Source: Octopus sinensis (lineage: Eukaryota). From it: DNA of 64,000 nucleotides. The notes under the pieces are model-generated. The model was not told the DNA's origin. It saw only the letters and a program-made list of their open reading frames with translations, and searched no databases. The stretch lies in the NCBI RefSeq assembly GCF_006345805.1, contig NC_043001.1, forward strand, positions 53,134,001 to 53,198,000, written 5' to 3'. Positions 1-12,263 of this stretch are shown in pieces; the first letter of the stretch is position 1; each line of letters begins with the position of its first letter. The position numbers and the translations under genes are program-made.

Positions 1-160
1 GGTTTGTTTACGTCTCCGTAATTTAGAAATTAGTCAAAATAGTGCAATAGAATAGGGTCTAGGCTTATAAAGTAAATACCCGAATCAATTTGTTCTACTA
101 AACCCTTCAAGGCGGTGCCCTAGGTTAACCACATTCTAATGACTGCAATCAGTTAAATAC
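1..160 (+). mobile_element. 3' part of an octopus-type SINE (window starts inside it)
   Basis: Ends in ...ttcaaggcggtgccctagg...aatgactgcaatc. Same family as the reverse-oriented copy at 8775-8975; shares the GGCGGTGCCCCAGCATGGCC-like tail with the LINE at 60772-61715. Confidence 0.6.
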
Positions 161-964
161 GAAAGATTACTAACCAGTGGATATCACTATTCTTATTCCG
201 CGCTCTTGCATCCATACACATTTCAACATTCTTACTTAATATCTATACTCATACGCCATATTACCCTGACCTCATAAGCTAATTCCACCATATCTCCGTA
301 CTTGTACCCATCTGTACACATATATTGACCAAACACTATTTCTCTTAAGTCGAGCAAAGAATCACTCTGCTAGATGCAACTGGAAAATCTGTATTTCTTC
401 CCTTCCTTACTCTCGCAGAGAAGAGAATTCACCCTAATTTCTGAGTCCTTGACCTCCATCTGTGTACGTCTCTCCTTCATGTTTTCCTTTAAACACTTAG
501 TATTTGTCTTTATAAATCTTAGTATGCTACATTTATTTGTTTCTGATGACCGAGTTGACTTTCGAAAGTTTGGAAAAATCTCGGTCTGCATAGAAGCATT
601 AAACTGACATACATTATTTCCCTTTGATAATCTGTTTATGCTTATTGTTATACATGCATATATATATATATATATATATAATATATATATATATATATTA
701 TATATATATATATAGTCGCTGGATAGTCGTTCCACTCTGGGAGATCTGCAGCGCACTTCCAATCATCTACTCACACAGCAGGCCTTGTCTGCAGGATCGG
801 CGTGGGATGTTTGTAACGGGCCAAGTTTTCTTGCCTCCTGCCGCATGAAACCATGTCTCGAGTTCTGTGCGCAGCGTGTTGTACATGTGTGTGTACATAA
901 TGTATATAGATAAATGCGCACACACACACATCTATATGCATATATATATATATATATATATACA

Positions 965-999
<35 letters not shown>

Positions 1000-1000
<1 letters not shown>

Positions 1001-1930
1001 AGTAGTTGAATGAATTATCTTATTAAGGATAATTCGAAAGATAACCGATACCTGGGTAGCAAATTCACATCAGAAAGAACACGGTTGAAGCTACGTCCCT
1101 AGGGCATAGACTACGTGTCTTCGTGCGGAAATTTGTATGTTTATTTTAAAATTATAAGTATATGAAAGAATGGAGTTGAACGACTAGTTAACACATCCTT
1201 TATTTTCGACATATGTTTCGAAGGCTGCATATTCCTAATTCCGAAGGAATAAGGAGTACATTATGCAGATTTCTCATCAGGAAAATCAAGGAACTTATGT
1301 CGGCATCAAAATGCACAAAAAACTTTTAGCTGACCGCTCTCAAGGAACCCATGGCGATAATGAGTGTCTCTTTATAAGGACTGACGTCAGAGTGGCTGAA
1401 TGTAGAAGAATCTAGAAGGTTCTAAAGGTTCAAGGGTTCAAACTAAGTAGGAGGAGGGAGGCATAACAATAGTAAGGTGAGAGAGTGCAGGTCAAAAGAA
1501 TGGTGGGTTTAAATGATTTCTTTTATGAATGAGTGCCTGTGTGTGTGACTGTATATAACTCTTAATGAGTGTATGTGTGTGTCTGAATGCGTGATTGTGT
1601 TTGTGGATGGGTAGATGTCAGAAAACTGACAGCTGTGAGGTGAGAGGTCTGTGTCTGTGTGTTCGATTATGTTTACTGTAGATAAAGGAAAGTAGATAGC
1701 GAAAGGGAGAAAGAATCGGGCGAGGTGAGATGCTACGCAAGAATGGATAGTAGTAATTGGGAATATAAGGAAATCTTTTTGACTATTCGGGTGAAATATT
1801 ACAAAAAAGGTTTGGGAAATCAAGGGCTTATCTATATTAGTCACTATTTATATGAGTGAAAGGTGTGTCTTTTCCATTGTAAACACCTGTAGGATCTTTC
1901 GACGATTGTATTTATTAAAGGGACTTTGGC
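1000..1930 (-). mobile_element. Decayed 3' end / pseudo-LTR of a Penelope-like retroelement
   Basis: Minus-strand peptide PFNKYNRRKILQVFTMEK resembles the PY-x-C-x2-C-x2-EK tail of Naiad-type GIY-YIG domains. It is followed downstream by an intact hammerhead motif (1202-1286) and ends next to a (TA)n tract. Confidence 0.45.
1202..1286 (-). ncRNA. Type I hammerhead ribozyme with intact core
   Basis: Minus strand reads attttc-CTGATGA-[gaa..ctgcata..tcct..attc cttcg gaat..agga..tatgcag..ttc]-GAAA-catatg-TC-gaaaat. This gives a 6-bp stem I, long stem II, palindromic stem III and a GUC cleavage triplet. Confidence 0.85.
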
Positions 1931-2990
1931 GAACATGTATACATATAAACATATACACACACCCACACACACATATAGAAAATCGACTGATTGGCAGGCA
2001 GACAGACAGGTATACGGTGATATAGATAACTTTCTTTAGATAGATAAATATATAATATAGATGCATTCTATCAAGTAGAGAATTTGTTTGCCAAGGAAAA
2101 TCATAACATATTTTAGTATATTTTCAAAGCCCAAATGAAATGAAACTCAGAGACCAAATAAAATATTTTACAACCACGAGCTGTCAGGAGGCATGTAAAC
2201 TGGTTATCGATCGGAAAGTGTATTTCATAGATTATGGTAAGAGAGACTGAAAGAGAGAGAGAGAAAAAGAGGGAGGGAGAGGGTGCTAGCGAACACTGGG
2301 ATTATTAAGGACAGAGATCACATTAAGATGGGGAATAAAAAGCGGCAAATGAAAATGGGAAAATGACAATGCATCCAATGTATTTGTAATTTCGTAGTTA
2401 GCCTAATATGGTAGAATTAATAAAAATTGAAAATTAACGATTATATGATAGGGCTGGCATTTATATATGGGAAATAAAGGCTCGATAATGAAAAATGGGC
2501 AATTAAATATTAGTGATTAATTAAGTAAATTCTATTACGAGTAAGGTATCCGTAATAATTTCAATATATTTTAAAAGAGTATCAATTATTCCAATTTCAT
2601 TATATTTTCACGAAGACGACGTGACATTTACGTTCAAATTTTAATGATACATCTCAACTGTCATCAAACTCTATTTCCAGTTTCCACACTCAAATGAAGT
2701 TAATTCTCAGATAAATTTGAGTAATTTGAAAAGTCACACACATGCATGCTTTTATTCGTATTTATGAAGTTATTTTGATAAATTTGCCCTGTTTTCTTTT
2801 GCCATATAACATATTTGTTTGGATGTGACCAATGATTATTTTGTGTTCATGATTTGTTGCTTTTGCTGCTGCATTACTGCGCGTTGTTATTAATTATTGA
2901 TTGTGCCAGATCTTTTTGGATATATTTTTTTAATATTGTGCATTTGGTTATTGACAAATAGGGTGCTGTTTTTGTTGTAGTGGACATTTA

Positions 2991-4245
2991 CGAGGGGCGT
3001 TCAATAAGTAATGCGCCTGACCCACTTTCCATAGCAGTAGAGCAACGAAACTTGGCACAGTTATTAGTCTTTTTCTACATAGAAACCACCCAGAGTTACG
3101 CATTTCTCCCATCGTTTGATGCGGCTCTGGAGACCGTTTTTGTAGAAGAACCCAGCTTGGTCCTCCAACCTCAACGTGACTTCAGAAATCAAGGCTGCAT
3201 CATCTGGGAAACGCTTTCCTTTCAAAAACAACTTCATGATTGGGAAGAGGTGAAAATCAGAGGGTGCAAGGTCAGGAATGTAGGGGGGATGGGGAGGAGT
3301 TCATAGCCATACGCCTGTGCTTCTGATCTGGCGACAAGCGAGTTGTGGACCGGAGCGTTGTCCTGCAGGAGGAGGATGCCTTTGCTGATCTTGCCCCGCA
3401 TCTTGATTTTGATAACTTCTCTTAATTTCCTGAAGAGTGAAGCATAATAGGCTCCTGCCAGGAAATCTGTCATCACTACTCCGTCCTGGTCCCAGAAGAC
3501 TGTGAGCATGACCTCGCCAGCGGAGGGCTGCACCCTTGCCTTCTTTGGAGGGGGTGAGTCACGGTGCTTCCACTGCATTGACTGGGCTTTGGTCGCTGGA
3601 TCATCGTGATGGACCCAGGTTTCATCCTGTGTAATCAGTCTTTTGAAAAATTTTGACTCATCTTCTTGGCACATCTCCAAATTCACCCTCGAGCATTCGA
3701 CGCGTTCTTGCTTCTGGAAAGGTGTGAGCAGCCTGGGAATCCATCTGGCAGACACCTTTTGCATATGCAAATGGTCATGAATGATAGTGTCCACAGACCC
3801 GGTACTAATCTTGACCTCATGGGCTATTTGGCGAATAATTATGCGTCGATCTTCCAAAATGGCAGCCTCAACTTGACGGACAGATGCCTCATCAATGGCA
3901 GAAGGGGCGACCAGATCTGGGAGTTGTTTCCACAGAGTTCCGACCATGTTTGAATTCACGATGCCAGCGTTTTACAAGGTCATATGATGGGGCATCATCA
4001 CCATAAGTTACTTTCATTTCATCAAAAGTCTCCCGTGGTGTGCGTCCTTTCAAATACAAAAACTGGATCACTGCTCGAAACTCAGCAGGCTCCATTTCAC
4101 ACTTTACTTGGTTCAAACACCTGTAAATCAGAAACCACAATTTGCCACTTACTCTATAGAGATATAAATGATTGCACATGCAAAATTTCAGCTAGATCAA
4201 ATAACTGCAAGTGGGTCAGAGGCATTACTTATTGAACGTCCCTCG
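2991..4245 (-). mobile_element. Mariner (DD34D) DNA transposon, full length, frameshifted (copy 1)
   Basis: 36-bp TIRs cgagggrcgttcaataagtaatgc..ctgacccact at 2991-3026 and 4210-4245; TA on both sides (2989-2990, 4246-4247). Confidence 0.97.
3069..4095 (-). pseudogene. Mariner transposase pseudogene (three reading segments)
   Basis: ATG at 4095 (MEPAEFRAVIQFLYLKG..RSGRP). Next frame has WIPRLLT, TQDETW and LLQDNAPVH; a third frame has PDLAPSDFHLFP...YVEKD*. Stop position is approximate. Confidence 0.92.
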
Positions 4246-4381
4246 TATCTGAGAATGATAGTGTCCCCAGGCACTCTAAGATATTCAAAATTAAAAATGG
4301 TATATATAACGGATTCTGATTTAAGAAGATCAGCAATTGTTAAAGAATTGGTTAGTGGACACTAGCCGTTCCATTACTTAA

Positions 4382-6588
4382 CTCTTTGTCTACAAGAAAA
4401 AATGTATGTCACTAATTATCAACTGGGTTCAATTGACCCAATATTTTTGTTTTAATTAAATTTTATTCAAACGACCACTATTTCTAAATACGGCTTAGAG
4501 AATATATTATAATTTTTTTTTAAGTACAAAAATGCAAGGTTACAGATCTTCATGGAAGCCAATGCAGACAACATTGGAATGTTTTTAGCAAACATGGATA
4601 TTGCAATTCTTACATGTAGTATGAGTTTGTCTGGGTTTTTTTGGCCACACACAGGACATCGACCTTTTTTCTTTGCCTTAGGAATTTCAAATGAGGTTGA
4701 AGATCGTCTTCTTTATTTGCTTGGTTGAGAAATGTTAGCGGACCTGAAAGATTGTTTATCGTGTTTTTGTTTACCATTAACTCCAGCAAGTTCCTTTCTT
4801 AACTGAATTAGGCACTCTGTTTTTTTATCCTTGAAACGTTGCAAGGGAAGCTGTTTAACAACAATGAAAGCATTCACTGCACTTATATCTGTCATGATGT
4901 AGAATATAATCATAGGCTACCTTCGAGTCGTTATTTTTAAAGTGCAAATCCTTACCGTCTTATCTGGAGTATCTACTTCTCTTCTTGTTTTGTTGTAACA
5001 TATAATAACTTCAGGTTTCTTTTAATCACTTTTTGAATCAATTGAAGGATGAGAGTGCATTGTACTGATAAGTGTGAAAATATAATTTTTCTTGGGACAA
5101 TAAGATAAGATGACAGAATCCATTAGAAATCCAAATATTGTGTTGTTGATTTCTCCTTCTTTTCAATTGTGAGAGCACTTAGCAGTTCAACTCTGTTCTT
5201 TCTAATTGTTCCAGCTAAAGTAGTTTTCCTGCTAAGCAGCTTTCGAGCCAATCCTAGACTTGTAAAATAAATTATCACAAGTTATATTGCGACCAGTATT
5301 TTCAAGTTCTTTTACTAGGTCTTCAACAATTCTTGAACCTTAATTTGTCTCTCTTCCTTTTACTAGGTCTTTTCCAGTGTAGATTTGCATTCTCCGTGCA
5401 TAAGATGTTTCACTGTCGCATATTGCACAAATTGTAATTCCATATTTCCCTGGTTTTGAAGGAATATATACTCGGAATGGACAGTGCTCTCTGAAACTAA
5501 TTATGCATGATATCAACTGTCATGCATGAAATTAGAACATATCCATCTTGCAAATTCTGATACCACATTTTAAATACTTTTTATGGGCTCCAAATTATCA
5601 TTACTTCTCTTTTTACTTCTAGCATTAGCATCATCGAAATGCAATACTTGTAAAATCTGTTGAAATAAAAATAGTAAAACATGTTTTAATGCTATCGCAA
5701 AACCTTTTAGCAAAACAGGATGATCCACATTCTTGGCGCAAAATATGGCAAGATGGAGTTCTTACTGCTGCTTGTGTAAGAGGATTAGAATGCCAAACTT
5801 CTTGTCTTTCTCTAGAAACACATTGATCATTCATAATTGGGTGACTTGCAGATAATTGTTTTTGAGTATCTTCATCATCTCATGGCACAGAACCTAAACT
5901 GTCCAGCACACAATCAATTTCATCATCATCTTCAGAGCAATGGAAGGAATCATTACTATCTTCTTCCCATTCTTCATCTAATTCCAATAACCTTTTTTGA
6001 TATTTAGTCTTCACTCAAGTTTTCGTGTCTATGCATAATGGAAAACAATTGAACAATATAAAACCTGATATCAGACTAAAAGCAGATATAGCTCTGTCAC
6101 CTATTTATACTCTCCTGAAAGATGATGGAATATATTGTAAGAATTGCGTCATCACATAGAAATATTGTATCACCCTGTAACCTAGCAGATTGAACGTGAT
6201 GCAATACCACACAAATTTACAGGAATACGATCATAATTTTTCTTGTTTATCTAAAATTCAGCAAATAACTTAAATACAATTTTATCTATTTCATATTTGA
6301 TAAATATCGGTATAATAATAGTTGATACTACTTTTATTCTACCTAGAATGGGAAGAGTATCGTCTGAATTTAATTCGAGGGTCCAGTGGACCCATACGAT
6401 AATAAATGTAGAATGTGAACATTTCTAACTTTTATAAACCTACGGAAAATGTCCCATTTGACAAATATAAGAGATGCAAGAAAAAATATGATTCACAAGA
6501 AATCAGCAGAATTAAATAATATAAACAGTAGGAAAAAGCAACTGAAACAACTGAAATGGGTCCATTGGACCCATTAGTAGACAGACGA
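4382..6588 (-). mobile_element. Decayed piggyBac transposon with TTAA ends
   Basis: Minus-strand fragments: MTVD, CPFRVYIPSKPGKYG, GRNITCDNYFTS, YNKT..VDT.DK, PMIIFY..DISAVNAF and C-terminal RCPVC..TCKNCNIHVC. TTAA at 4378-4381 and 6589-6592 is followed inward by similar ...TGTCTAC ends. Many frameshifts and stops. Confidence 0.85.
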
Positions 6589-6789
6589 TTAACTAGTGAT
6601 TTATTTGATCTCACCGGAAGGAATGAAAGTTATGGACGGTCTTTGGGGTTTTGAACTCAAATCCCACAGAACCAGAGTATATACCCACTGATTTGATGCA
6701 GATCACATGCCGAATGAATATTATTCTTTCCAAAGCTGTCACAAAGACGGCAATTTTTAGGGGATGTATAAATACACCGACACCTTTAC

Positions 6790-7450
6790 TTGACTGGTTC
6801 TTTCTTTTACCAAAGCCAAAGAAATGCTAAGTTGATCTCAACCGGATTTCAGATCCGAAAACAAAGGTCAGTAAAAAATGCTGCGAATTATGTTCCCTTT
6901 CGCGCTAAAGATCCAAGCCATTTCACCGCCTATTTCAGTAAAACATTTTCGTTTTTTACTTTGGACACAAAGCCTGTAATTTTAGAGGAGAGAGCTAGTC
7001 AATCATACAGAACCCAGTGCTTAATTGTCGACCACGGAATGAGGAAAGGCAAAATCGACTTCTACTCAGGATATAAAGCCAACAACGATTTTGTTCGGTA
7101 TACTAATGATTCAACGAGTTAAACTGATGAAGATATTTTCAGCCGAAGCTGCATTAGCGTCATTTTCTATGAATCAGATTAATTTCATATTCGACAAGTG
7201 CAAATACTGGAACACAATATAATACAACGGCAACACGAATAGTTTTTCGAGTTAAGCACCATCATACTGTGAATTTTGTCATCGTAATTTGTCTTTCATT
7301 AATAATAGTTTTTTCGGATTTCTGCTTTAAGTAGCGGGGTTTAAGAATAATTTACCTTATTGTCTGCAACTGGATGAAAAGCTGCCTCCACTCTTATTTT
7401 TAAAAAATCCTACCGAGCATTTTGGAAATCACTTTCAAAAAATGTTCAAT
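6790..7450 (+). mobile_element. Possible pogo/Tigger-like transposase remnant
   Basis: Short decayed peptides LEERLVNH (CENP-B-type HTH-like) and LDEKLPPLLFLK (resembles the DDE_1 GxKLPPLxIFK motif). No TIRs found. Confidence 0.35.
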
Positions 7451-8526
7451 AAAATGTAAAATAATTTTTGCAACATATTGTTGGAGGCATTGGATTTGGT
7501 TTAGTGTTTTAGAGATTAGGCTGATACGTCTAACAGTAAACTTCAAGGACAATGATTAGGATGAAGATGGGGTTTCGCCTTGGGCATTAGAGTTTAAAGA
7601 TTCCATTTATGAATTAGGGTGAGATTTAGGTTTAAGTCTTTGGGTTGGCTTCAGTGTTAAGTGTTTTACACTGGGCTTAATGTGTATTAGATATTGTGGG
7701 TTTACTTATAAGGTTGCAGCTTTGGTTTCATTTTTGAATTGGCTTAAATTGTAGAATTGGTTTAAATTTAGAGGTAAGGATTAAGGGAAATATTTGGAAT
7801 CAGGTTTTAGAATAGCAGTGTTTGAGACACGATTGAAAAGGCATTGTTGTGTTATATTTATTTATGCCTTACTCATAATTTTAGTTTTTGCGTATATATT
7901 ATAATGACATTGATGGTACAATATTTGTTTTCAGTATTTTCTGGTCCACGCCTTCAAATCAAACGTAATTAGGGGCTTTATATTTTACAAAATAATTATT
8001 TCAAAATTTTAACAGTTGCCTCCTACCTCTTCTATAATGAAGAGAATCTGCTGTAAATTTTACGTATTTACTTCCATATTTTTAATAAATTGTTTGCCGA
8101 GTTAAACACAAGAGATTATATATATATACATACATACATATAAATTCTTTTATCTAAACGCTTCTACGTTATAAAACACTCGTTAAAAGTCTGCGATATA
8201 TTTGTGCTCACTTTTTCTCTCTTTCTGTCTCTCTCTTTTTCTGTCTCTCTCTCTTTCACTCTCTATATATGCATACATACATATAGACCAATATTCATAT
8301 ATATCTCTGTGTGTATGTATGCATATATATGTATGCATATGTATGCTTATGGACAATATATATGTACATTAGAATATACTACTGAAATATAAGTTTCATT
8401 TCCGTTATTCTCTGTCTTCTGTCAGTATCTGTTGATATACGTTCAGTAATCTATTCATATTTTATAACTCTGAATCAAATGTGAGACGCATATAACCCAA
8501 ATTATATATATATATTCCGATGACCG

Positions 8527-8587
8527 GATAACTGAAGAGATTGCGGCGTGTATTTCTACCCCGGCATCCGAAACTCGGAGTTTTATC
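8527..8587 (+). ncRNA. Partly degenerate type I hammerhead motif
   Basis: gataa-CTGAAGA-gattgcgg..ccggcatcc-GAAA-ctcggag-TT-ttatc. 5-bp stem I; stem II has mismatches; GUU triplet. Confidence 0.55.
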
Positions 8588-8639
8588 ATAGCTACCGAAT
8601 AATTGTCACATATTACATTTACACACACACACACATATT

Positions 8640-8681
<42 letters not shown>

Positions 8682-8774
8682 AGTGTATGTGTGTGTGTGT
8701 GTATGTATTATTTATACATACATCAAAATGAACAGATTCTTTTATTCTAAATTATTTCTCTTATCCTTTATATA

Positions 8775-8975
8775 TATTCTTTTACTCTTTCAGTCATTCG
8801 ACTGAAGCCATGCTAGAGTACGGCCTTCAATCGAACAAATCGACCCTAGGACTTATTCTTTGTAAGCTTAGTACTTATTCTATCGGTCCCCCGTCTCTTT
8901 TTCTGAGCAACTAATTTATGGGGGTATGAACACACCAAATTCGGTTGTCAAGCGATGGTGGGGGAACGAACACAG
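8775..8975 (-). mobile_element. Octopus-type SINE, 3' part
   Basis: Reverse complement of the family at 1-160; tail ...gcatggcttcagtcgaatgactgaaagagtaaaagaata. A second partial copy lies at about 9170-9290. Confidence 0.65.
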
Positions 8976-8992
8976 GCATACAAATATATACA

Positions 8993-9028
<36 letters not shown>

Positions 9029-9035
9029 TATATAT

Positions 9036-9093
<58 letters not shown>

Positions 9094-9397
9094 TGCATAT
9101 GTGTATCATCATTAGACACGACCATGCATGCGGTTCAGCATGTTCGGGTCAGAAATATTGGTCGAATGGATCACCCCCAGTACATTTCTGTAAGGCCTGG
9201 TACTTGTTCTATTGATCTCTTTTACCAAACCCCATAATTACAGGGACTTGAACGCACCAACACCGACAGTCAAGCATTGGAGGAGGACACACGTACACAC
9301 AAACGCATATATGTCCTCTGTTTAAAAGATATACTTCGGAAAACAATTTTTGTTAAGAATATGGACGCAAATATGAAAAACGTTTATATATATACAC

Positions 9398-9453
<56 letters not shown>

Positions 9454-10012
9454 CAGCAAAATTAAGGAACGGCCATAATAGGTCGTTCAACCCACTAGAA
9501 ATAGCAGTCAAGGCCTCAACCGCAAAACAATATTAATTCCGTAAACCAGGAGAAAATTTAAAAAAACATTTACCCTGTAATACTTTATACAATGCATCGT
9601 TTCGTCTATTTTTTAATGGCAAATTAACCTGATTAAATCAAATCAAGCTAATCTTCCATAGGCCAATAGATTCATCAGTAAAGTAAGCCAGACGGGACAG
9701 ATATTTACACGAGGCAGCACCACTACTGTCTCGGCTATATCTGACCTAAAATTTTCAAATCATCGTACTCGCGCCAAATTTATCGGCAGCAAATACAAGC
9801 TGCCGATTCCATTTCGATTCCATTTAATTTAATCAGGTTGATTTGCCATTAAAAAATAGACGAAACGATGCATTGTATAAAGTATTACAGGGTAAATGTT
9901 TTTTTAAAATTTTCTCCTGGTTTACGGAATTAATATTGTTTTGCGGTTGAGGCCTTGGCTGCTATTTCTAGTGGGTTGAACGACCTATTATGGCCGTTCC
10001 TTAATTTTGCTG
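9454..10012. repeat. Foldback: about 185-bp near-identical inverted arms around a 188-bp spacer
   Basis: 9454-9638 is the reverse complement of 9827-10012, with only a few differences seen (gtcaagg/gccaagg, attaacc/atcaacc). The left arm abuts a (TA)n tract. Confidence 0.95.
9581..9685 (-). ncRNA. Type I hammerhead ribozyme inside the foldback
   Basis: Minus strand reads tacttta-CTGATGA-a tctatt..long stem II..aataga c-GAAA-cgatgcattg-TA-taaagta. 7-bp stem I and GUA triplet; the first pair of stem II is an A-C mismatch. Confidence 0.8.
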
Positions 10013-10130
10013 TTGAATTTATTAATAGTCTCTGACTATTTACTTTTTTCCCACTAGGCCGCTGGTGGCAAATAATTTCTGCTGAATGTTTTGCCACCCT
10101 ATATTGATTAATTATATATATATATATATA

Positions 10131-10855
10131 TACAAAAAATGGAACAAGAACGTGACAGGCCACTACAAAACATCTAGACAGTTAGATGATACAAAAAGGA
10201 ACAAGAAAAAACAAGGATGGGTCATTCGGAGTTTACTATCTTCAGTCAAGTTCCAGATCATCTTTGTAGTTTCGGCTGGCTATACTCGAGATTGCTCCAA
10301 TCTGGCCAGCCCCAAGAAAAATCTGAGCTAAGAGCACTACATTCCTTGGAAGAATGCAGCGAATGTATATGAAAGCAAGGACGGAAAAATGGAGAAAAAT
10401 ACACAAATACAAATGAAAAGTACAGAACATTAATAACAGGTGTCTTTCGATTATGGACGAATTAAATTAAGCTGGTGTGTGTGGAAGTGAAGCCTTACGA
10501 CAGGGACATAAGAGATGACAGGCATGGAAAGGAATATAGATGTTGAAAGAAATATCAGGCTTGGCAGAACACCGGTAACGTGGAGAGAGTGAAGAGAGGT
10601 AGAGGCAGAGGGATAGAAGACTTCAGAAGAGACGAGAAAGAAAGAAGAAAGACCGAAGTGTGAAGGGTCTGAAAGAAGGAAAGAAAGAATGAGGGAGTTA
10701 TACAAAATTAATTTTATATATATATATATAAAGACACCAAAGTTTACGTTCGCCGCTATATTTATATAAAAGAGAATACAAAAAATGGAATAAGAACGTA
10801 ACAGGCGACAACAAAACATCCAGACAGTTAGATAATGTAAAAAGGGACAAGAGTT
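10131..10855. repeat. About 75-bp imperfect direct repeats 646 bp apart
   Basis: tacaaaaaatggaa(c/t)aagaacgt(g/a)acaggc..caaaacatc..gacagttagat at 10131 and 10777, each shortly after a (TA)n run. Confidence 0.7.
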
Positions 10856-11477
10856 ATGGCGATATGCCTTCATTTATTGCACTGAAGTATCTTTATCTCG
10901 TTTTCACTACACACTGCATCGTCATCTTCCTAGCATTCTGATTTCTAGACACTTACAGCTATGATGCATGTGCTGTATAATCCGGGATAAATTATATGAT
11001 AACAATACACATAGTAGCTAGGTATACATTTTTGATAAGAATATAGGAAAGAAAACATGCTTCTATGTTACACACAAAACATGCAAGTGTACATAGTGTA
11101 CGATGAAGGTCTTTATGATATGTATCAATTTTATATTTGTTTTAGAACAATAAATAATTTTCATTTACTTGCGTCAATAACTAATATATATAATATAAAC
11201 AAACATAATCTATTTGTATTATAATAGCCTAAAACTCACTGAAGATAATGGAAATATACGCGAGTGCGTGTGTGCGTGTGTGTTTGTGTGCATATATGTA
11301 CATTAAATTACAATATATATATATATATGATCAAATTGATATATCAGTGAGGGCTATAAAACAATGATAGACATAAGCAATTATCAGTTCAAATTATGTG
11401 TGCTTTCTTTCTGAAGCCATACAAGACCTAAGTGTCAGTAGTGACATCATATAAATTTATAGTTTTATGAACTAAAA

Positions 11478-11647
<170 letters not shown>

Positions 11648-12263
11648 CGCATATATCTGCAATTACGAACTGACACAACCATTCGCACACATGCATATAT
11701 ATATAAACATATCTGTGTGTGTGCGCACACACGCACATACACACATATGTATATATGTAATAGTACAATTATATTCCTATTAGGTTTCATATAAAACGTA
11801 TTTTTCATACTCTGCTGCTTCACGCCACTAGTATGACTTTATTCAATGCATTGAAGTATTCAAACCTATCTATTCAAATTCAGAAGTGTGTGGATAAATA
11901 TAGGGTCTAGTTGAATGGTTTGGAGATGAAGAGCAATCTCTGGAAGAATATTGGTTTCTATTGAGTTAGTTAATGTTAGAAATATATCGTTATGTGATAA
12001 TGGTGGGAACTGAACTTTACGATGCTAATTGATGTATAATCCCAATATTGAAAAGAAAAAAATAGATATAACACACAATGTTTTAGGGTTACCATAAATG
12101 AAGAGGAAACGATGAAATGAATTACTTTTATAAAACTAACCTGAAATATATTTACAAATGCATTATTAGAGCATAAATCCTAAATATATATAATCGAAAT
12201 TAAATTAACTGAGATACAAAGTGAAACGTAAAACTGAAATGCATTTTCATGAAGGAATAATAT

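Noticed and set aside
543-570. CTGATGA...GAAA spacing resembling a hammerhead
   Set aside because: No stem II pairing, and no stem III/UH or stem I complementarity.
370-600. Lys/Arg/Glu-rich minus-strand peptide as a retroelement fragment
   Set aside because: No diagnostic motif recognised, so it cannot be assigned.
7490-7830. G/T-rich stretch resembling telomeric or subtelomeric repeats
   Set aside because: Only scattered ttagg/gttta words; no regular TTAGGG array.
10215-10250. Minus-strand CTGAAGA...GAATGACC as a hammerhead
   Set aside because: GAAA is not intact and no stem I can form.
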